Assembly: GCA_963740355.1 (NCBI GenBank)
Contig: CAVUDW010000002.1
Coordinates: 1,568,001-1,632,000, forward strand
DNA: 64,000 nt
Reading direction: 5' to 3'
Origin: an uncultured Gemmatimonadaceae bacterium
GTDB taxonomy: Bacteria > Gemmatimonadota > Gemmatimonadetes > Gemmatimonadales > Gemmatimonadaceae
Position numbers and translations under genes: made by a program. Of this stretch, positions 39,224 through 48,960 are shown piece after piece; position 1 is the stretch's first letter; each line of letters starts with the position of its first letter. The notes under the pieces are model-generated. The model saw only the letters and a program-made list of their open reading frames with translations, did no database searches and was not told the origin of the DNA.

Positions 39224-39256
39224 CTCGTAGTGGATGGCTGTTCGGTGGAGCGCTGA

Positions 39257-40735
39257 TCAGTGAATGGCGACGAGGCCGAGGGAGTCGGCTGCAATGCCGA
39301 GCACGGGATCCATGTCGTAGCCGAAGAGCCGTGGATTGGCACCGATCACCGCGGCCGAAAGCACGCGAAACACGTAGTCATACGTCTCGTTGGGGATTTC
39401 CTTCCGGTGTTTCGACAAGAGTTTCCAGAAGTTGCGATCGGATGGCGACTCGGGCATGGCGCGAATGAGTTTCAGCAATCGCGTCTCGCCCATGTTGTAG
39501 GACGCCATCACCAACAAGCCTGACGCCTGGGCGTCGGTGGTGTACAGGTCCTCGAGGTAGCGCGCCGCGGCGTTGGATGCCTTTGCGACGTTGTGGCGCT
39601 CGTCGGCAGGGTCGTAGGTCCGTTCGCCTTGCAGGGGGCCCAGCTTCAACCCGTACATCTCGGCCGTCGGCGGGATGAACTGCCACAATCCCTTGGGCAC
39701 GCCAAAACGCGTCTGTGGCCCAATCGCCCTCGGATTCAGTCGGCTCTCCTGCATGGCGAGGTAGAAGAACTCACGCGGCAGGTTGTGCTTCAGCATGATG
39801 TCGCCGATGAGCGGCCCCATGTCCCTGGCCGATGCGCGCGTCAGGAATGGGCGGATGTCCTCCGTCTTCCACCGCGCGATGTACTTGCGCACCTCGTCCA
39901 CGAAGTCGCGGGGGACCGTCGCCTCCGACTCGCCCAGTCGATGCACCGTGCGATAGATCAACTGCACGTCGGCAGGGGTGCGGCTGTTGTAGATGCCGAG
40001 CGTCTTCAGCAGATCCTCGTACTGTCGCTCGAGCCGAGCGCGGCGTTCCTGGATCGACTTGTCCGGTCCTGACTTCGCTTCGAGGCGGCGCAGGTCCAGA
40101 TCGAGCGACTTCATCGTGCTGAACACCGCATCGGCCGACGCCCGGAGTGCCTCGGCACGGCGCGCCTGCCACACTGCGGTCGCTGCTGCACCGGCTGCGA
40201 CGGCGACCAGGATGCCGACGGCCACGCGGTAATGGCGAACGCGCTTGGTCCAGGTGCGTGTCTCGATCGTGCGCCGTTCCTGAACGGCGACACGCATCAT
40301 CTGCGTATGGGCCGACATGTTCTCTGGCGCCTCAGCCGAGAAATACCGGTCCACCTTGCTCGATGGTTCCACCTTGACGGTGGTGTCGCGTGGTGCGCTG
40401 TCTTCGCGCGGCAGCACCTTGACCGTCTTGTCGCGTGCCACGACGTCGGGGACGGTCAGGCGGACTTCGGGGCCGCCGTACCCCAGCTGCAATGTCGTTG
40501 CAGCTCCGACACGTGCGCTGGTGATCGACTTCCCGTCGACGAAGGTCCCGTTGGTGCTGCCCAGATCGACGATCTCCCACTCGTCGCCGAGGCGGCGGAG
40601 TTCGAGGTGCTCGCTGCTCACGACGGCGTCGAGGATCACGATCCCGTTGGACTCAGCGCGACCGAGGCGGACCGTGTCCGAGAAGCGGAGCGGGTGTGCG
40701 GCCCCGGGCACGACTACTTGGATTTCGCGCGACAA
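39257..40735 (-). CDS. FHA domain - TM - lytic transglycosylase (SLT/MltD-like) fusion
   Basis: FHA: LGRAESN..VSSEH..DLGSTNGTFVDG; SLT: QES, GLWQF, SYNMGE, ETYDYV; TTG start with GGAG RBS. Confidence 0.85.
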   Translation of the reverse strand: MSREIQVVVPGAAHPLRFSDTVRLGRAESNGIVILDAVVSSEHLELRRLGDEWEIVDLGSTNGTFVDGKSITSARVGAATTLQLGYGGPEVRLTVPDVVARDKTVKVLPREDSAPRDTTVKVEPSSKVDRYFSAEAPENMSAHTQMMRVAVQERRTIETRTWTKRVRHYRVAVGILVAVAAGAAATAVWQARRAEALRASADAVFSTMKSLDLDLRRLEAKSGPDKSIQERRARLERQYEDLLKTLGIYNSRTPADVQLIYRTVHRLGESEATVPRDFVDEVRKYIARWKTEDIRPFLTRASARDMGPLIGDIMLKHNLPREFFYLAMQESRLNPRAIGPQTRFGVPKGLWQFIPPTAEMYGLKLGPLQGERTYDPADERHNVAKASNAAARYLEDLYTTDAQASGLLVMASYNMGETRLLKLIRAMPESPSDRNFWKLLSKHRKEIPNETYDYVFRVLSAAVIGANPRLFGYDMDPVLGIAADSLGLVAIH

Positions 40736-41183
40736 TCTGACTCCGCAGCAGGGGACCATCGCGAACTTGCCACGGTGGGTGGCGAGTGTCGATCCGTCGG
40801 GGCGCGGCGTGGTGCGGCTCCCCGTCTCCAAGAAGTGACCGCAGACGAGCCAAGAGGATGCGGCAGGGGTCGCCTGATGGCAAGCGCCGGTGGAAGGACG
40901 GGCCTGTGGGGAGGGTGGACTCGACTCGGCTGGCGGGCTTCTTGGGGGCGGGAAGTGGCCTGAAAGGAGGCGTGCCGCCACCAATGTCACGACTCGCACG
41001 GCGTCATGTAGCGCACACGTCACAGTCAGCACAACACGTGGCAGGCGTCGGGATCGCGCATTCAATATCAGAGGGTAGGGCACTCTCGAAACCAACCGCG
41101 TCACGATCGGCGGCAACCGCCGATCTGCGTTGGGTGCTGCCCTCTTCGCATTCCCTGATGGATCACTTCGAACACCACCCCAC

Positions 41184-42665
41184 ATGCAACTCCCCGTGAA
41201 GCGTCTCGTCTCGTCCGTACTCGCTGCCGTGGCCCTCGGCGCCTGTTCGGACAACTCGCCGGTCGATCCCTCGACGTCACAAGAGGCCAGCCTGACCTTC
41301 GGTCGTGGCGGCCGCACCGTCTACGTGCTCAACACCAATGATGCCGGTGCTGGCTCGCTCCGCGCAGCCATCGCGCTGGCAAACGCGAATTCAGCGATCA
41401 GTGCGATCGAGGTCCGGCCGAGGCAGAAGACCATCGCGCTCAAGAGCACCGTGGAGTTCACCGGGAGTCAGGCGCTGACGATCGATGGCAACCGCACCAC
41501 GATCGACGCGGCGGCCGCTGGCGACGATGCGCTCCGCTTCACCGGCGGTGGTAACCTCCGCATCTCGAGCCTGACTGTGCGGAATTCCGCCCAGGAGGGC
41601 ATCGATGTGGAAGTCCCGTCCGGGGCGACCGGGACAGTGGAAGTGACCCTCGTCAATGTGGCCATCGAAGACAACAAGGGGCACGGCGTGCTGGTGAATG
41701 ACCAGGTCGATCAGAGTGCGCCGGAGAATCAGCAGCCGCCATCGGAAGGCTCAGCGGCGTCGTTGGATGTGACGGTCATCGGCTCGACGTTCAAGCGCAA
41801 TGGCTACAGCGTCTCTGATCGCGACGGCTTGCGCGTGAATGAAGGGGGCGTCGGCTCGCTGACGTTCAACTTCTCGCTCAGCCAGGCCGAGAACAATGCG
41901 GCGGACGGCGTCGAGCTCGACGAGCGCGGGGAGGGCGACGTCGTGTTCAATGTCACCGGTTCCACCTTCCGCGAGAACGGCACCTTCGATCCTGAGGATC
42001 TCGACGACGGTTTCGACATCGACGAGTACAACGAGGGAAGCCTGATCGGCAAGGTGAGTTTCAGCGCGGCCATCGACAATTTCGAGGAAGGCTTCGATTT
42101 CAACGAGAACAACACCGGCGACTTCCGCGTCGACATGAGCTTCGTTGAAGCCACGGGCAATCGCGAGGAAGGCATCGATTTCGAGGAGGACGATGACGAC
42201 GCGACCTTCGGGTCGGTTGGTGGCGGAGACCTCGTGACGCGCTTGGTCGCGATCAAGGCCAACCGCAACGGCGTGGATGACGGTGATGCAGGCGTGAAGA
42301 TTCGCGAGAAGTTGCTGGGGAATCTCGATGCCACGATCAACGGCGTGGAAGCGTCGGAGAACTTCCGCAGTGGTATCAGCGTTCGCGAAGACGGTGCCGG
42401 CAACCTCGTCTCCGCGATCTCGAATGCGCGCGTGCTCACCAACGTTGGACAGGGCATCGACTTCGACGAGAACAGCACGGGTGACTTGACGGCCAGTGTG
42501 ACGTCGTCGACGTCAGCGGACAACAACCTGTTTGGTATCCGTGCCGATCAGCAGCTGGCGTCTGGTGCAGGTGTTGGCAGCCTGTTGCTCACCAAGGTGA
42601 CGCTGACTGGCAACGTCGGTGGTACGACCACGGGCGCGAATGTCGTGACTACCGTCGCGCCGTAG
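41184..42665 (+). CDS. Acidic right-handed parallel beta-helix repeat lipoprotein
   Basis: Lipobox LGAC; DAGAGSLRAAI cap; repeated N..(E/D)G.D.(D/N)E...G.L units. Confidence 0.75.
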   Translation: MQLPVKRLVSSVLAAVALGACSDNSPVDPSTSQEASLTFGRGGRTVYVLNTNDAGAGSLRAAIALANANSAISAIEVRPRQKTIALKSTVEFTGSQALTIDGNRTTIDAAAAGDDALRFTGGGNLRISSLTVRNSAQEGIDVEVPSGATGTVEVTLVNVAIEDNKGHGVLVNDQVDQSAPENQQPPSEGSAASLDVTVIGSTFKRNGYSVSDRDGLRVNEGGVGSLTFNFSLSQAENNAADGVELDERGEGDVVFNVTGSTFRENGTFDPEDLDDGFDIDEYNEGSLIGKVSFSAAIDNFEEGFDFNENNTGDFRVDMSFVEATGNREEGIDFEEDDDDATFGSVGGGDLVTRLVAIKANRNGVDDGDAGVKIREKLLGNLDATINGVEASENFRSGISVREDGAGNLVSAISNARVLTNVGQGIDFDENSTGDLTASVTSSTSADNNLFGIRADQQLASGAGVGSLLLTKVTLTGNVGGTTTGANVVTTVAP

Positions 42666-42683
42666 TCGCGCGCACGCATCAGG

Positions 42684-42722
42684 AGGGTCAGAGGTCTTGC
42701 ATGGTGCAAGATCTCTGACCCT
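42684..42722. repeat. REP family A hairpin, possibly a terminator
   Basis: AGGGTCAGAGGTCTTGCA-TGG-TGCAAGATCTCTGACCCT, an 18-bp stem with one G:T pair, 18 bp after a stop codon. Confidence 0.75.
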
Positions 42723-43060
42723 TTGACTGCACAGCAGATTGACACCTGCCGCGGGCGACCCGTGACGCAGGCAGGTACGGACCTCGACGCTCCGTCCACG
42801 AACGCATCCGGCATCGCGATTCACCTCATAGTCGCTGACGTCGACACGGGCGTGGCCGGCGTGGAGGTCGTTGCCGGCACGATCGTCGAAGCCCTTTGGG
42901 CATATTCTGCCAGCAATCGTGGCGCGATTCAGAGATCTGCCGGAAACTCATGGCCTCTGGAATGGAAGCGAGCCTGGCGGGGAGACGGGTTGGAGATCGT
43001 CGTTAGCATGGCGCCGGTCCTTACAAAAAGTGATGGCGCTCAGGCGTACCTTCGGTGTCG

Positions 43061-43588
43061 TCACCACGCATCTCCCGGACGCCACTCGACCGAGAGCGGC
43101 GCATCGAGATCGAGTGATGCCGGCGTCTTGGGAAGGCGCAGGATCATCACCTGCTCCTCAGCGTCGGAGGGCTGCTCGCCAGCGTGGTCGCGCACGGAGA
43201 GCGGTCCTCGCCACTGCTCCCAACCGAGTGCCTGGTAGAAGTCCGGCACCGCCGGCGACAGGGCCGCGATGTCGTGGCCCTGCATGCGCGCCACGAGGGC
43301 GCGCATGATGCTCGAGCCGCACCCACGACGCTGATACGCGGGGTGCGTAGCGACCAGTTCGACGTATGCGGCGTGCAGACTGGTATGACCGTCGACGATA
43401 AGCGTGCGATTGACGAGCATGGCGTGCGTGACGAGGGTGTCGCCAACGGTGCCGAGCGCGTGGAGGCCCGGCCCAACGTTACGGAACTCCTGCGCGAGCG
43501 GCTCCGCATAGGCTGCTTCACAGAGAGCGAGTACGGATTGCAAGGTGGCCGGCGTGAGTTGACTGGAGTGCTGGAAGTCGATGTGCAT
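43061..43588 (-). CDS. GNAT acetyltransferase, aminoglycoside 2'-N-acetyltransferase-like
   Basis: AYVELVATHPAYQRRGCG, FYQALGWEQWRGPLSV and C-terminal LSVEWRPGDAW. Confidence 0.75.
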   Translation of the reverse strand: MHIDFQHSSQLTPATLQSVLALCEAAYAEPLAQEFRNVGPGLHALGTVGDTLVTHAMLVNRTLIVDGHTSLHAAYVELVATHPAYQRRGCGSSIMRALVARMQGHDIAALSPAVPDFYQALGWEQWRGPLSVRDHAGEQPSDAEEQVMILRLPKTPASLDLDAPLSVEWRPGDAW

Positions 43589-43754
43589 GAGCAGGGCATT
43601 GAATGTCCAGCTTAGTCGTCCCTATCCGGGGCTCTCCATCGGGCCCCTTGCGGTGGGCAGAGTCCGCGAGGCGATGCACGAACTCCAACGCGTGGATTGA
43701 AGGAAGCTGACTCCACGCGCCGCAAAGACGCTGCCCCAATCGAGCGTGCGGCAA

Positions 43755-44240
43755 TCACCCCCGCCGCGCCGCCTCGAGCACGGCAATGTCGATCTTGGTC
43801 ATCGACATCATCGCATCAAACGAGCGCTTCGCTGCTGCCGGATCCGGGTCAGTGACGGCCTTCGACAGCGCTGTAGGCGTGATCTGCCAGGACAATCCCC
43901 ACTTGTCCCAGCACCAGCCGCACCGACTCTCCTTGCCGCCGTTGCCGACGATCGCGTTCCAGTAGCGATCCGTCTCGGCCTGATCACTCGTCGCAACTTG
44001 GAACGAGAAGGCCTCGCTGTGCTTGAAGGTCGGTCCCCCATTCAGTCCGAGGCATGGAATACCAAGCACCGTGAATTGCACCGTGAGGACATTGCCCTGC
44101 TTGCCACCCGGGAAATCGCCCGGCGCGCGGTGCACGGCATCGACTGACGAATTGGGAAAGGTTGCTGCATAAAACTCCGCGGCCTCCTGCGCGTCGCCAT
44201 CGTACCACAGACAGATCGTCACCTTCGCTGGCTGGCCCAT
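43755..44240 (-). CDS. VOC/PhnB-like (3-demethylubiquinone-9 3-methyltransferase-like) protein
   Basis: CLWYDGDAQEAAEFY, LNGGP and CGWCWDKWGLSWQI. Confidence 0.9.
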   Translation of the reverse strand: MGQPAKVTICLWYDGDAQEAAEFYAATFPNSSVDAVHRAPGDFPGGKQGNVLTVQFTVLGIPCLGLNGGPTFKHSEAFSFQVATSDQAETDRYWNAIVGNGGKESRCGWCWDKWGLSWQITPTALSKAVTDPDPAAAKRSFDAMMSMTKIDIAVLEAARRG

Positions 44241-44693
44241 GTGTCATCTCCGTTATGAAGAGCGCGCCACACCTGCGTCGGGGAGATCCTCGCGCGCGAT
44301 GGGCGGTGGCTCGGTGAACTACCGGACAGTTCGACTCCAGTACCACTGCAATATCATCGGTCGTAGTGATTTTGCATGCTCATTCCTGCCTGTCGGCCCG
44401 CCACTCGAGACGCCGACGCGCCGGCCAGTGCAGTGCCCGTACGTGAGGCACATGCCGCAAATGCTGATCGGGAAAAGACGCCAGCGCGTGACGGCGCAGC
44501 ACGTTTCTGCGAATGCAAAATAATTCGCTATTCGCTGTAAGGATCGCGTGAACTTTCTCTTCCCAGGCTGAGTACGATTCGCCCATCGCTGCGACACAAA
44601 CAGCGCGCGTTCTTCGCCGAGTGTTCCGCACGCACGGTCGCTGATGTTGTGCCTGTCGCGTATTCGTCGCTGCCTGTCTCAATTCTCTCGCAC

Positions 44694-45776
44694 ATGACCT
44701 CGAAGCCACTCCTCGCCGGGCTCGTCGCCCTCGCCCTGTTGTCTGCATGCCAGAAAGAAGCGGAGAAGAAGGAGGAGGCTCCCCAGTTCCTGGCCACGCG
44801 GCCGATGATCGTCGATACGTCGTACGAAAAGCAGTACGTGGCGCAGCTTCGGTCGTTCCGCAACATCGAGATTCGGGCACAGGAGAAAGGCTTCCTCGAC
44901 CAGATGCCGGTGGATGAAGGTCGGACCGTGCGTCAGGGACAGTTGCTGTTCCGGATCATGCCCAAGGTCTATGAGGCGGAGCTGCAGAAGGCGGAGGCGG
45001 AGGTACGAGCAGCAGAAATCGAACTCCAGAACGCCCAGACGCTCGTCAACAACAACGTCGTCTCGAAGAATGAGCAGGCGATGGCGCAGGCGAAGCTCGA
45101 TCAGGCGCGGGCTGAGGCGACGGCTGCGCGGCTGCATGTCGGATTCACCGCCATTCGCGCGCCATTTGACGGCGTGCTGGACCGCATTCCGAAGAAGCTG
45201 GGAAGCTTGATCGAGGAAGGGGAGCTCCTCACCACGCTCTCCGACAACCATCGGATGTTCGCCTACTTCAACGTCTCGGAACCCGAATACCTGGACTATC
45301 GCGCGAATGCCGCAAATCGCGCCAGCCAGAAGGTCTCGCTCCTGCTCGCCAACAACACGCGATTCCCGCACCAGGGCGAGGTCGAGACGATCGAAGGCGA
45401 GTTCAACAGCGAGACGGGCAACATTGCGTTCCGGGCTGTCTTCCCGAACGCCGAGCAACTGCTGAGGAACGGTGAGACGGGCAAGGTCCTGCTGACGGTG
45501 CCGTATCGCCATGCTCTGCTCATTCCGCAAAAGGCAACCTACGAGATCCAGGACAAGACCTACGTATTCGTGATCGACAAGAGCAATCGCGTCCATGCAC
45601 GGCTGATCACGATTGCCGGCCAGCTGCCGGATCTCTACATCGTGGGCAGCGGATTGTCGGTTGACGACCGAATCCTGCTCGAAGGCGTGCAGAAGGTGAA
45701 GGACGACGAGGTGGTCCGATTCGCGATGAAGGACCCGCGCGACGTGCTGTCATCACTTCGGCTGAAGGCGGAATAG
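44694..45776 (+). CDS. RND efflux periplasmic adaptor (MFP) lipoprotein
   Basis: Lipobox LSAC; biotinyl-like VDEGRTVRQGQLLF, coiled-coil hairpin, IRAPFDG. Confidence 0.93.
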   Translation: MTSKPLLAGLVALALLSACQKEAEKKEEAPQFLATRPMIVDTSYEKQYVAQLRSFRNIEIRAQEKGFLDQMPVDEGRTVRQGQLLFRIMPKVYEAELQKAEAEVRAAEIELQNAQTLVNNNVVSKNEQAMAQAKLDQARAEATAARLHVGFTAIRAPFDGVLDRIPKKLGSLIEEGELLTTLSDNHRMFAYFNVSEPEYLDYRANAANRASQKVSLLLANNTRFPHQGEVETIEGEFNSETGNIAFRAVFPNAEQLLRNGETGKVLLTVPYRHALLIPQKATYEIQDKTYVFVIDKSNRVHARLITIAGQLPDLYIVGSGLSVDDRILLEGVQKVKDDEVVRFAMKDPRDVLSSLRLKAE

Positions 45777-45804
45777 TGGGCGACGCCTTCTGGGGTGACG
45801 TCAC

Positions 45805-48800
45805 ATGCTGAACCGATTCATTCAGCGCCCGATTCTTTCGATCGTCCTGTCCTTGATGATCGTGTTCATCGGTGGCCTGGCCCTGATGGGGCTTCCGGTG
45901 ACGCAGTACCCGAACATTTCGCCGCCCAAGGTGACGGTGGTGGCGGACTATCCCGGCGCCAACAACGAGCTGCTGATCAAGGCAGTCGTCATTCCGCTGG
46001 AGCGGGCGATCAATGGTGCGCAGGGCCTCAAGTACATCGCCTCCGACGCGGGCAATGATGGTGAGGCGAGTATCCAGGTCGTCTTCAACCTCGGCACGGA
46101 CCCGAACCAGGCCACACTCGCGGTCCAGAATCGCGTGGCGTCGGTGGTGAACAAGCTTCCGCCGATCGTCGTCCGCGAAGGCGTCAAGATCTCGCGCGAG
46201 GAGCCGAACATGCTCCTCTACATCAACCTGTACAGCGACGACAAGACAGCCGACCAGAAGTTCCTGTTCAATTTTGCGGACATCAACCTGATCTCGGAAT
46301 TGCGGCGGGTGGACGGCGTGGGGTTCGCCGACATCCTTGGCAATCGCGAGTACGCCATGCGGATCTGGCTCAAGCCTGACCGCATGACGACCTTCAAGAT
46401 CTCCGCCGATGAGGTGATGGAGGCACTGAGCGCGCAAAGCCTCGAGGCGTCGCCGGGCAAGACGGGCGAAAGTTCGGGCAAGCGCTCGCAGGCGTTCGAA
46501 TACGTGCTCAAGTATCCTGGCCGTTTCACGACCAAGGAGCAGTACGAGAACGTCGTCGTGCGGGCGAGCCCGAACGGGGAGATCCTGCACCTCAAGGACA
46601 TCGCCGAGGTGGAGTTCGGTAGCTCGATGTACGACATCTACTCGAGCATCAATGGCAAGCCGTCAGCGGCGATCACGCTCAAGCAGTCCTACGGAAGCAA
46701 CGCCAGTCAGGTCATCAAGGACGTAAAGACCCGGCTCGACGAGATCAGCCGGGCGTCGTTCCCGAAGGGGATGCACTACGAGATCAGCTACGACGTCTCG
46801 AAGTTCCTCGATGCCTCCATCGAGAAGGTGCTGCACACACTGGTCGAGGCGTTCCTGCTCGTTAGCGTGGTGGTGTTCGTCTTCCTTGGTGACTGGCGTT
46901 CCACGCTCATCCCGGCGATCGCGGTTCCGGTTTCGCTGATCGGCACCTTCGCGTTCATGCAGGTGTTCGGGATCACGCTCAACATGATCACGCTCTTCGC
47001 ACTGGTGCTGGCGATCGGCATCGTGGTGGACAACGCGATCGTGGTGATCGAGGCGGTGCACGCGATCATGGAAGCCGAGGGGCTCGATCCGCTGCGGGCG
47101 ACGCGCAAGGCAATCCGGCAGATTGCCGGTGCCATCATCGCGATCACGTTCGTGATGGCGGCGGTGTTCATACCGGTGGCCTTCCTCTCCGGTCCGGTCG
47201 GCATCTTCTACCGGCAGTTCTCGATCGTCATGGCGACGGCGATCATGATCTCGGGATTCGTGGCCCTCACGCTGACGCCAGCGCTTTGCGCCATGCTCCT
47301 CAAGCCGCATACGAAGGTCGGCGAGCATTCGCTCATCGGTCGATTCCTGGCGACCTTCAACCGGATCTTCGGCCGCGCCACAGATCGTTACGTCGGGCTG
47401 CTGTCGGCGATCGCATCGCGGCGCGTGGTGACGTTTGGTGCACTCGCGCTGCTCTGTGCGGCGACGTGGCTCACTGGGCGCTCGGTGCAGGCTGGCTTCA
47501 TCCCCAATGAAGACCAGGGGATGTTCTACGCGATCGTTCAGACGCCCCCTGGCTCGTCGCTGGAGCGCACCAACGCAGTCGTGACGCAGCTGCAGAAGGC
47601 GGCCGAGTCGGTTGACGGCGTCAAGTCGGTCTCGGCGTTGGCGGGGTACGAAATCCTCACCGAAGGCACCGGGTCCAACACTGGCACCTGCCTGATCAAC
47701 CTGAAGGACTGGAGTGAACGGACCCACTCGGCACAACAGATCATCGATGAGATGGAAGCCAAGGTCCGGGACATCAGCGGCGCGAATATCGAGTTCTTTC
47801 TTCCGCCAGCGCTGCCTGGATACGGTGCGGCCGGTGGCTTCGAACTGCGACTGCTCGACAAGGCGGGCTCCGGGGACTACAAGCGCATGGAGCAGGTCAG
47901 CAACGATTTCGTGGCCGAACTGAACAAGCGCAAGGAACTGAGCTCCGTGTTCAGCTTCTATAGCGCCAGCTTCCCGCAATACATGCTGCACATCGACAAC
48001 GAACTCGCGCAGCAGAAGGGAGTCAGCATCGATAACGCGCTCAACACGCTGTCGACGCTGCTCGGCAGCAACTACGAGATCAGCTTCATCAAGTTCGATC
48101 GCCAGTACAAGGTCATCACGCAGGCGGCGCCCGAATACCGCGCCCTCCCTGAGGATGTCCTCAAGCTTTCGGTCAAGAACAATCGCGATGAGATGGTGCC
48201 GTACTCGGCATTCATGCGCATGGAGAAGGTGTACGGCCTGTCCGAGATCACGCGGCACAACATGTCGAATTCCTCCGAGATCAGCGGTGCGGCGGCGGCT
48301 GGGTACAGCAGCGGCGACGTGCTTGGAATCATTGCGGAGACAGCGCGGAGGACGCTGCCGCGAGGGTTCGACATCGATTGGGCCGGCATCTCGATCGACG
48401 AGGTGCGACAGGGCAACCAGGCGATCTACATCTTCATCGTCTCGCTGGTCTTCGTCTACCTCATTCTTTCGGCACAGTACGAAAGCTTCATCCTCCCGCT
48501 GGCGGTGATCCTGTCGCTGCCGGCCGGTGTGCTTGGAGCGTTCCTGCTCCTGCTGGTGACTGGGCTCGAGAACAACATCTATGCCCAGATCGCGATGGTG
48601 ATGCTGATCGGCCTGCTGGGCAAGAACGCAGTGCTGATCGTGGAGTTCGCGTCGCTGAAACACAGCGAGGGCGCCTCGGTGCGTGATGCGGCCCTCGAGG
48701 GAGCTCGGACGCGATTCCGCCCGATCCTGATGACGTCGTTTGCGTTCATTGCGGGGCTGATCCCACTCATGTTCGCGACGGGGCCGGGCAGGATCGGAAA

Positions 48801-48960
48801 TCGCACCATCGGCTCGGCGGCGTTTGGCGGCATGCTGGTGGGAACGGTGCTCGGCGTGATCCTCATCCCTGGGCTCTACTACGCCTTCGCGCGGACGTCG
48901 GAACGGCACCCGTTCCATGCCGACGAAGATGAATCCCCGCTTTCGGAAGTCGAACAGTGA
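45805..48960 (+). CDS. RND efflux permease (HAE1/AcrB-like)
   Basis: 1051 aa; FIQRP, YAMRIWL, VVDNAIVV, GKNAVLIVEFA and RFRPILMTS. Confidence 0.96.
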   Translation: MLNRFIQRPILSIVLSLMIVFIGGLALMGLPVTQYPNISPPKVTVVADYPGANNELLIKAVVIPLERAINGAQGLKYIASDAGNDGEASIQVVFNLGTDPNQATLAVQNRVASVVNKLPPIVVREGVKISREEPNMLLYINLYSDDKTADQKFLFNFADINLISELRRVDGVGFADILGNREYAMRIWLKPDRMTTFKISADEVMEALSAQSLEASPGKTGESSGKRSQAFEYVLKYPGRFTTKEQYENVVVRASPNGEILHLKDIAEVEFGSSMYDIYSSINGKPSAAITLKQSYGSNASQVIKDVKTRLDEISRASFPKGMHYEISYDVSKFLDASIEKVLHTLVEAFLLVSVVVFVFLGDWRSTLIPAIAVPVSLIGTFAFMQVFGITLNMITLFALVLAIGIVVDNAIVVIEAVHAIMEAEGLDPLRATRKAIRQIAGAIIAITFVMAAVFIPVAFLSGPVGIFYRQFSIVMATAIMISGFVALTLTPALCAMLLKPHTKVGEHSLIGRFLATFNRIFGRATDRYVGLLSAIASRRVVTFGALALLCAATWLTGRSVQAGFIPNEDQGMFYAIVQTPPGSSLERTNAVVTQLQKAAESVDGVKSVSALAGYEILTEGTGSNTGTCLINLKDWSERTHSAQQIIDEMEAKVRDISGANIEFFLPPALPGYGAAGGFELRLLDKAGSGDYKRMEQVSNDFVAELNKRKELSSVFSFYSASFPQYMLHIDNELAQQKGVSIDNALNTLSTLLGSNYEISFIKFDRQYKVITQAAPEYRALPEDVLKLSVKNNRDEMVPYSAFMRMEKVYGLSEITRHNMSNSSEISGAAAAGYSSGDVLGIIAETARRTLPRGFDIDWAGISIDEVRQGNQAIYIFIVSLVFVYLILSAQYESFILPLAVILSLPAGVLGAFLLLLVTGLENNIYAQIAMVMLIGLLGKNAVLIVEFASLKHSEGASVRDAALEGARTRFRPILMTSFAFIAGLIPLMFATGPGRIGNRTIGSAAFGGMLVGTVLGVILIPGLYYAFARTSERHPFHADEDESPLSEVEQ

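Noticed and set aside
40736..41317. Long N-terminal extension of the FHA-SLT ORF in the track (686 aa)
   Set aside because: It overlaps the divergent gene and is low-complexity; an RBS-supported TTG at 40735 fits the FHA boundary
43589..43754. Possible structured leader/riboswitch upstream of the AAC(2')-like gene
   Set aside because: Only a short stem (CGCGTGGA/TCCACGCG) is visible and no known aptamer consensus was recognised; needs an Rfam/Infernal search
44241..44693. Long intergenic region before the RND operon with GCGAAT-N8-ATTCGC
   Set aside because: A 6-bp inverted repeat is too weak alone, no regulator is adjacent, and the small ORFs here look non-coding
47020..47055. RND proton-relay motif reads VVDNAIVV rather than DDAIVV
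   Set aside because: The DN variant is common in RND transporters and the Lys of GKNA is intact, so it is not evidence of inactivation
46663..48918. 751-aa minus-strand ORF
   Set aside because: Antisense shadow of the RND permease
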